A stretch of DNA of 52,928 nucleotides from a virus (taxonomy: Duplodnaviria > Caudoviricetes). Positions 1-7,742 of the stretch are shown here, piece after piece (the first letter of the stretch is position 1; every line of letters starts with the position of its first letter). A model generated the notes under the pieces. The model had not been told where the DNA came from. It did not search any database and saw only the letters and a program-made list of their open reading frames with translations. Location: the IMG/VR virus record IMGVR_UViG_3300037509_000106, positions 1 to 52,928 of that record; one strand, written 5' to 3'. Both the position numbers and the translations under genes were made by a program.

Positions 1-363
1 CTAGTTCGTGGGCGGGACCGTAGCGCTGCAGGAAACGCCGTTGTGGAGCGCTTTCTCATGGGTCGGATCGGTGTTGCCCGTGCAGTGGACTGTCTTGGTC
101 CAGTAGAAGCACGGTCCAGTTTGGTTGGGTGGACTGAGCACCCACGGGCCGTAGGTGGGCTCACCCTCCACCGAGCACGTCGTATCGCCGTACATCTCGC
201 AGTTGCCCGGGCAGCCCGTCATAGCCGCCTTGTCCAGACTCTCTTTTGCTGTCCCGGCTTTTATCGCTTCTCCATTACTGTTCGCGGCGGCAAAAGCACC
301 GGCAAGAGCGCAAGCGAGGACTAGAGTTCCCGCGACGGCCCGGTTTCTTGTGAATAGCTTCAT
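1..363 (-). CDS. Small secreted Cys-rich protein (120 aa)
   Basis: Start moved to MKLFTRNRAVAGTLVLACALAGAFAAA, which is signal-peptide-like. The mature part has 6 Cys. TACCCT lies 8 nt upstream of the ATG. Confidence 0.65.
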   Translation of the reverse strand: MKLFTRNRAVAGTLVLACALAGAFAAANSNGEAIKAGTAKESLDKAAMTGCPGNCEMYGDTTCSVEGEPTYGPWVLSPPNQTGPCFYWTKTVHCTGNTDPTHEKALHNGVSCSATVPPTN

Positions 364-687
364 AGGATTCGAGGGTACGACAGAATGCCGGAAATAGCAA
401 ATGAATAAAATCTGCCCCATTATTCACCGGTGGCCGTCGCCGCAAACGCTCCACCGCAGCACCAACCGTTGGTCGGTGCTACTTCAGGCGAACCTCACCA
501 ACCGGTCGTGCTCTTCGCTACCCCCTGATCCGGCACGTGCAGTACCCCAAGACGCAGCAGCCGAAACCCGCCCACACCTGCAGGTCCGCCCCCACCGCGG
601 ACAGGAGCGGCGCGGCCATGATCGCCAAGGAGCCCGTGCCTGCAGGTCCTTTCGTCCGGTGGGCGTCACGCTCCCGTGGTGGGCCGC

Positions 688-1113
688 TTAACCGCCGCAT
701 CTGGCGCAGGCGGTGTAACCCTGGGATCTAGCGTCGCTAAGGCTGATTTGGATCGAACTGCTCCGGAGGCTGCTGCAGCCGCCGCTGTGGTAACGCCTGC
801 CCGTCCTCGTGATGTAGACGGTGTAGCCCTGGGTCTCCTGCTGGTACGAAGACTGCGCTTCCCTGACGTACCCTTGGCCGGGCACGAACCGGTCGCCCGT
901 CATCGGATCGACGAGGTTCGAGGCCGGGGGTGGAGCCGGTGAAGGCGCCGGAGTCGGCACCGGCTCTGAGTCGTCCTCTTGGGAGTACCGGCTGGGCTCC
1001 GCGTCCACGGTTCGGGCTTCATCCTCGCCAGACCCGCCCAAGCCGCAAAAGCCGCAGATCAGCGCGAAGACGAAGACGACGAACCCGACGCCCGGCGTTC
1101 CGTCCTTCTTCAC
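688..1113 (-). CDS. Membrane-anchored protein with C-terminal His/Cys metal-binding domain
   Basis: N-terminal hydrophobic helix, Pro-rich linker, and C-terminal VYITRTGRRYHSGGC...ARSQGYTACARC (Ada-metal-binding-like domain). Starts 3 nt after the nuclease stop. Confidence 0.75.
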   Translation of the reverse strand: MKKDGTPGVGFVVFVFALICGFCGLGGSGEDEARTVDAEPSRYSQEDDSEPVPTPAPSPAPPPASNLVDPMTGDRFVPGQGYVREAQSSYQQETQGYTVYITRTGRRYHSGGCSSLRSSSIQISLSDARSQGYTACARCGG

Positions 1114-1116
1114 GGC

Positions 1117-1812
1117 CTACCCGCCACCGCACACGCTGCAGGCGTCGTACCCTTCGGCCTGCGCCTGCTTCAGAGTCGTCCTGTACTGGCTTCGGCTAAG
1201 GTAGCGGCAGCCGTCGGCGTGGTACTTACTGCCGGTGGCGGTGGTATAGACCGTGCGCGAGGCGGCCGAAACGACGGCCGGAGGTGACGTGCGGCGACGG
1301 GGAGCCGAGTAGCCACTTGACGAGGCCCCTCGCCTCGCGCTCTTGCCGCCGCGGCGGTACTCCCACGGAGCCGTTGGGTTCGGCTCGGACCAGATCCCCC
1401 GCTTGGCCAGACGCGCCTCGGCCTCGGCCGCCTTGATCTTCATCGAGCTCGGCGCGTACTGCCTGTACCACCAGGCGAGGCCGCTTCGCACGCTCTCGAG
1501 CCCGACGCTCTTGTCCCCGACCCTCACCACGCCCAGCGTCCGGCCGTACCGGTCCTCTCCGGTCTTCTCGACGGTGACGCTCTTGCCGAAGGCCATGTCG
1601 GAGGCGAACTGCTTCGACTTCGTGCCGAAGGGCTGCGAGGACTCTGGCGCGTCGATCCCAAAGATCCGCACCTTGACGGGCTTGTTGCCCTCGGTGAGGA
1701 CGGTGAGGGTGTCCCCGTCGGAGACGCCGACGACCTTGCCGGTGAAGGTCTGGGCGAGAGAGCTCGCGGCCAGCGCGAGGACGGCTGCCGAAAGCAGCAG
1801 GAATCTTTTCAC
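1117..1812 (-). CDS. Secreted thermonuclease (SNase family) with C-terminal metal-binding domain
   Basis: Signal peptide VKRFLLLSAAVLALAASSLA; SNase motifs DGDT, RIFGIDAPE, DRYGRTL, GLAWWY, RGIWS. GTG start at 1812. Confidence 0.92.
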   Translation of the reverse strand: MKRFLLLSAAVLALAASSLAQTFTGKVVGVSDGDTLTVLTEGNKPVKVRIFGIDAPESSQPFGTKSKQFASDMAFGKSVTVEKTGEDRYGRTLGVVRVGDKSVGLESVRSGLAWWYRQYAPSSMKIKAAEAEARLAKRGIWSEPNPTAPWEYRRGGKSARRGASSSGYSAPRRRTSPPAVVSAASRTVYTTATGSKYHADGCRYLSRSQYRTTLKQAQAEGYDACSVCGGG

Positions 1813-1921
1813 GGGCGCAGGATAATGTATTGGACGGCAGCTGTCAAGTCGCAGAAACATCTGTAAGGATGAGACCCTATGGGTACTCGTGCCGGGTCAT
1901 TTAAACGCGATACCAGTTGCG

Positions 1922-2176
1922 ATGTTCAGAGTACACATTTCGCAAACTGGCACCTACGACCCGCTTACCGACGAAATCCAGTACAGCGACTTCCGAGTGA
2001 GAGTGGAGGTCTACACGACGCCCGGAACCTACGCCCAGGTAGGGGAGTGCGACGGCGACGGGGACCGGTGCGTGGTCGAGGACGAAGCTATCGCCATCGT
2101 CCGCCACGCGATCTACGGAGATCCGAAGGGTCCTCCGGCAGGGTGGGTCCGCGCCAACAAGCGGAGCCTAAAGTAG
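1922..2176 (+). CDS. Hypothetical protein (~84 aa)
   Basis: Protein-like composition and followed by a hairpin. The start could alternatively be 1889. Confidence 0.6.
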   Translation: MFRVHISQTGTYDPLTDEIQYSDFRVRVEVYTTPGTYAQVGECDGDGDRCVVEDEAIAIVRHAIYGDPKGPPAGWVRANKRSLK

Positions 2177-2212
2177 AAAAGAGCCCCCTGCGGGACCGGT
2201 GTCCGCAGGGGG
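2177..2212 (-). terminator. Intrinsic terminator with U-tract on the minus strand
   Basis: Stem CCCCCTGCGG/CCGCAGGGGG, followed on the minus strand by CTCTTTT. Confidence 0.75.
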
Positions 2213-2386
2213 GATTGATGACGCTGGTGGGTCTGTTGCCCGCCTGGACGGGAAGGACGAACAGGCGAGCCGAGGGTTCAGCGACTCAGGCTTGAACTGC
2301 ACTTTCGTCTCGGTGACTTGGGTCTCTCGCCCTGCTGGAGGAGCGCCGCGCTTGGGGCTTGTAAGATTCGGGTGATAAGATGACTC

Positions 2387-3397
2387 ATGGCCATCCTCAC
2401 CAGCATCTTGGCGCTCGGTCTGTTCATCGATCAGGCCTACACCCTGCAGGACAAGGGACCGGGCTATCTAATGGATGTAAGTCCGTCGGGGAAGACCATG
2501 GTCGGAATGACGACCACTGCGGACGGGATTGGCTTCGTCTTCACCGAAGGAAAGCCAAAGACGTACGTGAAGGCGCCTGGCCTGCAATTCCGCGCCGTCA
2601 ACGACAGCGAGTTCGTGACCGGGTGCGTCTACACCGCGCCAAGTAAAGCGCTGTCCTGGCTCCGCTGGAAGGGCATTACGTACCTGAACTTCTCGCCCGA
2701 GCCGCCCAGCGCGATCACCAATGCCGTGAATCGCACGAACCTCATGGTCGGTATGGTCCATTCTTCCCGAGGCCACCTCACCGCCTTCAAGCAAACGGCG
2801 GCGGGGGTAACGACCCTGCTTCTAGGCGATCCTCTATCCACCACCCTTTCCTCAGCGACCTGCGTCTCGAACTCCGGCCTTGTTGGTGGTTACGTGATGG
2901 ACAACGGCGGGTACCGGGCCGGGTACTGGCGAGGAAGGGGGTTCAACCCGATCCCGACGCCGTCCGAGGCACAGTTCAACGCTCCGATCGCAATTCTCGA
3001 CGACGGCACAATGGTGGGATTCTCGTGGCAGCGGGACGGCAACCTCCAGGTGACCTGGGAGCATGGATACGTGTGGACACCGTCGACGGGCTACGAGGAC
3101 ATCGCTCCGCTTGAGAGCGGCCATCGGTTGCAGCTCTTGGACGTGAATTCCCAGCACGTTGCGGTAGGCGTCGGACGGCACAAGTCCGGCTCGACGTGGA
3201 GCGCCTACGCGGTGAAGTGGACCCGCACGGGCGGGCTCCAGAAGCTCTCCGACCTCGTGACCGACGGCTCGGCGACGGGGTGGGTCCTCGACCAAACTCA
3301 GTGGATCGATGATAGCGGGCGGATCTACGGGAACGGCACGTACAAAGGCGCGCGACGCATGTTCATGCTGACTCCCGTCCCAAACAGGCCGCTGTGA
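2387..3397 (+). CDS. Exported beta-propeller-like repeat protein (HAF/DUF3466-like)
   Basis: Hydrophobic N-terminus; repeated units such as DVSPSGKTMVG, AVNDSEFVTG, AVNRTNLMVG, CVSNSGLVGG, DVNSQHVAVG; ends IDDSGRIYGNG...MFMLTP. Confidence 0.8.
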   Translation: MAILTSILALGLFIDQAYTLQDKGPGYLMDVSPSGKTMVGMTTTADGIGFVFTEGKPKTYVKAPGLQFRAVNDSEFVTGCVYTAPSKALSWLRWKGITYLNFSPEPPSAITNAVNRTNLMVGMVHSSRGHLTAFKQTAAGVTTLLLGDPLSTTLSSATCVSNSGLVGGYVMDNGGYRAGYWRGRGFNPIPTPSEAQFNAPIAILDDGTMVGFSWQRDGNLQVTWEHGYVWTPSTGYEDIAPLESGHRLQLLDVNSQHVAVGVGRHKSGSTWSAYAVKWTRTGGLQKLSDLVTDGSATGWVLDQTQWIDDSGRIYGNGTYKGARRMFMLTPVPNRPL

Positions 3398-3410
3398 GCC
3401 GTTGCAGCGG

Positions 3411-3441
3411 GGCCGAGGGTTTCGGCAGCGAACCTTTGGCC
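3411..3441 (+). terminator. Hairpin downstream of the repeat-protein gene
   Basis: GGCCGAGGGTT/AACCTTTGGCC stem (with G-U pairs); no U-tract. Confidence 0.45.
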
Positions 3442-3448
3442 TAAACGC

Positions 3449-3483
3449 AAAAAGGCACCCTCTCCGGTTATGGAGAGGGGGGC
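3449..3483 (-). terminator. Intrinsic terminator at the end of the late operon
   Basis: CCCTCTCC/GGAGAGGG stem followed on the minus strand by TGCCTTTTT, about 60 nt after the tailspike stop. Confidence 0.8.
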
Positions 3484-3543
3484 GATTTAGCTAGCGGGCC
3501 GGGAAGACCTTGGGAGCCCTAGGAGGGAACCGCGCCATTGCGA

Positions 3544-5778
3544 TCAGGCCGCGACCCAGTTACCGCCACTGTGCCAGCGCAACCGGAACGCCCGTCCTGG
3601 GGCCAGGAGCACGTCGGTCGTCAGATCGATCTTGCCGGCCAGGGCGTGCTTGATGGTTAGGGAGTTGCCGAGGGCAGACTTGTTGCGCACCACCAGCTCC
3701 TGCCCCAGGTTGTAGCCCGAGGTGAGGCTGTTAAGCTCAACCCCCGCGTGCGCGGTGTCCACGTCGAGGAAGATCTTCGGCGCCGCCCGGTTGGCAAGGT
3801 CCACCGCTAGCGAGCCCGTGGCCGCCGTGGCGACGTTAAGGGCGGCCCTCGCCGTGCCGCCACGTCCCTGGTTGATCGCGTAATCCAGCCATGCGGTGGC
3901 CCCGGAGGCGGTGTGGCTCTCCAGACCCGCCGAAACGTTCAACCCGCTGGCCAAATCCGCGAACCCCACGAACGTGCCGGCAACGCCGTTGAGGGTCGCG
4001 ATCGACTGCACGGTTCCTCCTTGGGCCACGATCCTTGGAGCGTCACCTGGGGATCTGCCGAAGTAGACCGCGCCGGAGGACGATAGGACCCTGGCAATGC
4101 GGGTCGCGGTGGACGTGCTCCCGGTGAGGTCGATGGTGCCGCCGCCTTCGACGCGGATCGTGGATTGCGTATTGGCCTCGAAAACGCGGGCGGTGTTAGT
4201 GCCCGTCTTCTTGGCCCGCACGTAGGGCGAGACGACCGTCATTTCTCCGTAGAACGTCTCGAAGTCGGGGTTGTCCCCGCTCTCGGTCTGGACCTTGGGG
4301 TTGACGATGCGGACACCGGTGACCAAGCCGCCCGCAAGTCCTACCACGGAGAAGGCCCGGCGGTCGACGGCCGAGTTGGGCGCCTGGTTCGGATTGCCAA
4401 TATAGAGGCAGTTCGCGATTTCCACATCCCGAGTGCAGTCGGGGTGCGCTACGTCCGCGAAGACGACGAAGCCGTCGCCACCTTTGGCGATGCAGCTGTC
4501 GACCCGGTTGTTGCGGCCTCGGATGGCGAACACCCTCTGGTCGCCGTCGACGCCGTTGAAGGGGGCTTCCCCGTAGCAGTGGGCGAACGTGATGCCCTCA
4601 CCGTCGGCATGGGTGCTGAACGGCGCGGCCTGGCAATTCCGGCCCCGGCCTCCAAGAATCAGCGTGCCGCGGGTCTTGCCGTAGTTCTCGATATTGGGCG
4701 ACAGCGTCGGCGCGCTGGTCGCCGAGCACGTGTACAGGTGCCGGAGGTTGTAGCCCCGGAGCCCGATATGCAGACCTCCTTCGCAGGCACTTTCATGGAC
4801 TAAGTACCCGAAGGCGTCGTTGGCGACGCTGCTTCGAATGGTCCTCCCGCTAAGACCATCCGTTTGCGGCATCCAGCACGAGAGGAACCGCACGGCCCGG
4901 TCGACCAGGTCGAACGCCTGGACCTGCTCGACCACCGGCTGCACGTAGCCGATGATCTCGATCGCCGTTTTGGTCCAGCTGGCCAGGGGAGCGGACGGTC
5001 CTTGGAGCCGGAAGTTCCGGAGCTCGCAGGTGTAGTCCCGGGGCACCCGGGCGACGCGGGGGTTGGTGACGTAGTTGTCCCGGAGCCGGCTGCGCAGGAC
5101 CAGCGCGCCCGCTTCGACCGCCCCCACCGTCGCGAACTCGCCCAGCTTGAGGTTATCCGCCGGGTTCTCCCCAGGAATGAGATCGTCAGCGACGATCTTG
5201 ACTAGGTCGTCCACTGCGTAGCCTGCGGTGGACGGCACGTACAGCCGGGTCACGTCCATGGGGCGGGGGGTGACGGTGTCGCCGCTCCAGTCGTACGTCG
5301 CGGTGTTGTCGATCGCGGTGATGTTCTGGACGTTGGTCAAGCTCACCTTGAACGAGATCTTCGCGTCGCCGGTGATGTGGACCTTGGCCCCATTGCCGTC
5401 GAACACGGCCGACTTGTTGCTGATCGAGATGTCGCTGTCGATGCGGTAGACATGGGTCGGGTCACCCTGGAGGGATCCCATCTCCATGCCACGTTTGAAC
5501 GCAGCGGCGTCGTCAGCGACCCCGTCTCCCACAAGTCCGCACATGCGGGGTGTTACATAGCGGGTCGCCAATTCGCGGATGTCCGTGGGGGACGCTCCAG
5601 GGAAGCGATCAGAGACGCTGATGGGAACGGTGCGTAGGCCGGTGTTGGTCGGGTAGTCCTCGAGGACGTCAGCGAGGTCCTCGCCCGTGTAGTCGCTCAG
5701 CGCTTGGGCTACCCGGGCGTCGATCATCGCGGGGGTCGCATACCCGGCCGTCGTGGGCGAAATGCTGTCGAGTCCCAT
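3544..5778 (-). CDS. Tailspike / polysaccharide depolymerase (right-handed beta-helix)
   Basis: 744 aa. YVTPRMCGLVGDGVADDAAAF is the typical pectate-lyase-like tailspike entry motif; beta-rich; last gene of the tail operon. Confidence 0.8.
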   Translation of the reverse strand: MGLDSISPTTAGYATPAMIDARVAQALSDYTGEDLADVLEDYPTNTGLRTVPISVSDRFPGASPTDIRELATRYVTPRMCGLVGDGVADDAAAFKRGMEMGSLQGDPTHVYRIDSDISISNKSAVFDGNGAKVHITGDAKISFKVSLTNVQNITAIDNTATYDWSGDTVTPRPMDVTRLYVPSTAGYAVDDLVKIVADDLIPGENPADNLKLGEFATVGAVEAGALVLRSRLRDNYVTNPRVARVPRDYTCELRNFRLQGPSAPLASWTKTAIEIIGYVQPVVEQVQAFDLVDRAVRFLSCWMPQTDGLSGRTIRSSVANDAFGYLVHESACEGGLHIGLRGYNLRHLYTCSATSAPTLSPNIENYGKTRGTLILGGRGRNCQAAPFSTHADGEGITFAHCYGEAPFNGVDGDQRVFAIRGRNNRVDSCIAKGGDGFVVFADVAHPDCTRDVEIANCLYIGNPNQAPNSAVDRRAFSVVGLAGGLVTGVRIVNPKVQTESGDNPDFETFYGEMTVVSPYVRAKKTGTNTARVFEANTQSTIRVEGGGTIDLTGSTSTATRIARVLSSSGAVYFGRSPGDAPRIVAQGGTVQSIATLNGVAGTFVGFADLASGLNVSAGLESHTASGATAWLDYAINQGRGGTARAALNVATAATGSLAVDLANRAAPKIFLDVDTAHAGVELNSLTSGYNLGQELVVRNKSALGNSLTIKHALAGKIDLTTDVLLAPGRAFRLRWHSGGNWVAA

Positions 5779-5780
5779 CC

Positions 5781-6497
5781 TTACTTCCTCACTCTCAGTT
5801 TCCCGGCCACGATAAGGGTCCTGTCCCCGCCCGCCGGAACGTGGTACACGCGCAGCCAGAGGTCCACCGCCCTCGGCGGCTCGAAAGCCTCGTCTTCGAC
5901 GTCGATCTGCACGTAGCCCTCGGCGGTGCCGTTGTTCACGAGAGTCGCTGAAATTCCTGGCACCGGTTCCAGCCGTTGGTCCACCACGACGAGGGTCGCC
6001 GGGGCCGGAACCGCGGCGGTGTAGTCGACGCGAAGGCCGGTATCGCCTTCGTAGGCGTAGCTAGCGACGATGGCGAAATCGAAGTCGCCGGCGGTGGAAT
6101 CGTAAACGACCATGCTGCCTCCTTGCCTCACCGCGGGCACGAGCCGCTGGACCAGCTCCGCCAAGGCGTCGGCCACGTCGTTGCCCTCCTGGATCTTCGA
6201 AACGAAGTAGGGCACGGTGCCGCCCAGCGTCCAGAGCAGGATCGGCCCCAGAACGTAGCGCACGACGAACACGTCGCCAGCCCGAATTCGGTACTCCGCG
6301 ACTGCCTGGTCCGTCTCGTCGGTGCACCGAACGGCGAGGGTCGCGTCCGCCGGCTGTGGATTCTCGAGGTCGAGGTAGCGGTTGGTGATCATAACGCCGT
6401 TGCACCCGGCCGGGTACGGCAGGGTGGCGACGACGGCGGGCACTGGCGTCGCGACGCCCTCGCCGGTCGAAAAGGTCTGTTTTAAGTAGCCGCTCAT
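5781..6497 (-). CDS. Putative tail-tip/virion protein
   Basis: 238 aa, beta-rich, tightly packed in the tail operon. Confidence 0.65.
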   Translation of the reverse strand: MSGYLKQTFSTGEGVATPVPAVVATLPYPAGCNGVMITNRYLDLENPQPADATLAVRCTDETDQAVAEYRIRAGDVFVVRYVLGPILLWTLGGTVPYFVSKIQEGNDVADALAELVQRLVPAVRQGGSMVVYDSTAGDFDFAIVASYAYEGDTGLRVDYTAAVPAPATLVVVDQRLEPVPGISATLVNNGTAEGYVQIDVEDEAFEPPRAVDLWLRVYHVPAGGDRTLIVAGKLRVRK

Positions 6498-6510
6498 GGG
6501 TTTGGGGGGG

Positions 6511-7455
6511 CTAGTCGAGCTGGTCGTTGAAGGCCGGCGTCTGAGGCGATGCGTCGAAGCGGGGGCTCGGACTAGAGCCCCCGACGACGACTACGAAGTC
6601 GACCGAGGTCGATCCCGGGGGAAGGGTCGTGATGGTGGTGGTATCGTCGGCGTCGCGCACGAGGATGTCGTAGGTGGCTGCCGCGGCGTTGTGGATCCGG
6701 ATGGTCTGGCGGACGTCTGGGCTAGAGGGCAGGCGGACCTTCCTCGTCGCTCCCGTGGGTGTGAGCACCTGAACGGGCGCGTCCGCCTCGTCGAGCTGGA
6801 GATCGGCAGCAAGGTTCGCGGTTCGCACCGGGGTCCCCTGGGGCTCGTGCCGTGATCCGGTCCAAGCGTAGACCCCGGCCTCCGTCTTGGTGTGGAGGAT
6901 GATCCCGCCTGGAAGGTCCTTAGGCGCTCCGCGATCGGCGGTCTCGCGGTACAGGTGCCCCGTGCGCACGTAGACGACGCCCGACTTGTCGCACATCGTG
7001 ATCTCACCGTCCAGAGTCGTGCAGGTCCCTATGTGGAGCGCGTTGGCCTCCGGGCTGGCCGTTGTGAGGCTGTGGGTTATCGTGCCGTCTTGCTTGACCC
7101 AGACGTAGACGAGGGGCTGGTCGTCGGGTAGGGGATAGTCCATCTCCTCCACCTGGACCGGAGCCCCGAGCATCGCAGTGCCCGCTTGGACTCCGAGGAG
7201 CAGCCCGACGGTGGGCGCGAGCTCGAGGCCCGAGACGACGCCGAACCCGTTGCCCCCGTAAGCGGTGGCCAGGTGGAGCGCCGTTAGCAGCTTGTTGAGG
7301 AGCTGGGGCACGTCCGTCGTCATGCCGGTGGCGAAGGGCGCCAGCGAAGAAGGGAGGACCGCCGGAGTCGTTGAGTCCGTGGCGGAGGCGATCAGGGGCA
7401 CCTGCGAGGGCACCACGGGCAGAGGGACCTGGGAAGCGAGAAGGGAAGTGGTCAT
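6511..7455 (-). CDS. Putative tail/virion structural protein
   Basis: 314 aa. GVVSGLELAP...GVQAGTA resembles phage tail-fibre/baseplate N-terminal segments; position in the tail operon. Confidence 0.7.
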   Translation of the reverse strand: MTTSLLASQVPLPVVPSQVPLIASATDSTTPAVLPSSLAPFATGMTTDVPQLLNKLLTALHLATAYGGNGFGVVSGLELAPTVGLLLGVQAGTAMLGAPVQVEEMDYPLPDDQPLVYVWVKQDGTITHSLTTASPEANALHIGTCTTLDGEITMCDKSGVVYVRTGHLYRETADRGAPKDLPGGIILHTKTEAGVYAWTGSRHEPQGTPVRTANLAADLQLDEADAPVQVLTPTGATRKVRLPSSPDVRQTIRIHNAAAATYDILVRDADDTTTITTLPPGSTSVDFVVVVGGSSPSPRFDASPQTPAFNDQLD

Positions 7456-7472
7456 TTTCGTTACACTGGGAT

Positions 7473-7742
7473 GTGCTGACTTGCGAGGAGTGGAGGCCGA
7501 AAAAGCTGAGGAGGGGGCGAGTCGTTCTGCACGCGATGCAGTTCCACCGACCCATCCACCGCGTATGCCGAAACCTTCAGCACGCGCTCCGCATCGCCCG
7601 TGAATGGGCAGAGGTCCCTGACCAGTCGGTCGAGGAAGAAGAAACCTACGGGGCGTCCTTCAGCTTCGCCGCCCCGACCCACATTACGGACCACGATGGG
7701 GAGCCGATGGTGGGTAGGGGCAAGCTGTGGCGGATGCTCTAA
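7473..7742 (+). CDS. Antisense-oriented moron, hypothetical protein (89 aa)
   Basis: Fills the gap between two tail genes. TACACT sits 5 nt before the GTG, and its stop overlaps the stop of the convergent gene. Confidence 0.6.
   Translation: MLTCEEWRPKKLRRGRVVLHAMQFHRPIHRVCRNLQHALRIAREWAEVPDQSVEEEETYGASFSFAAPTHITDHDGEPMVGRGKLWRML

Noticed and set aside
401-731. Short ORFs 401-691, 518-700 and 537-731
   Set aside because: No clear RBS or protein-like features; the region is treated as non-coding.
2269-3421. GCCGAGGGTT 10-mer on both sides of the beta-propeller-like gene as a target-site duplication
   Set aside because: Too short for GC-rich DNA, and the second copy is explained as a hairpin arm.
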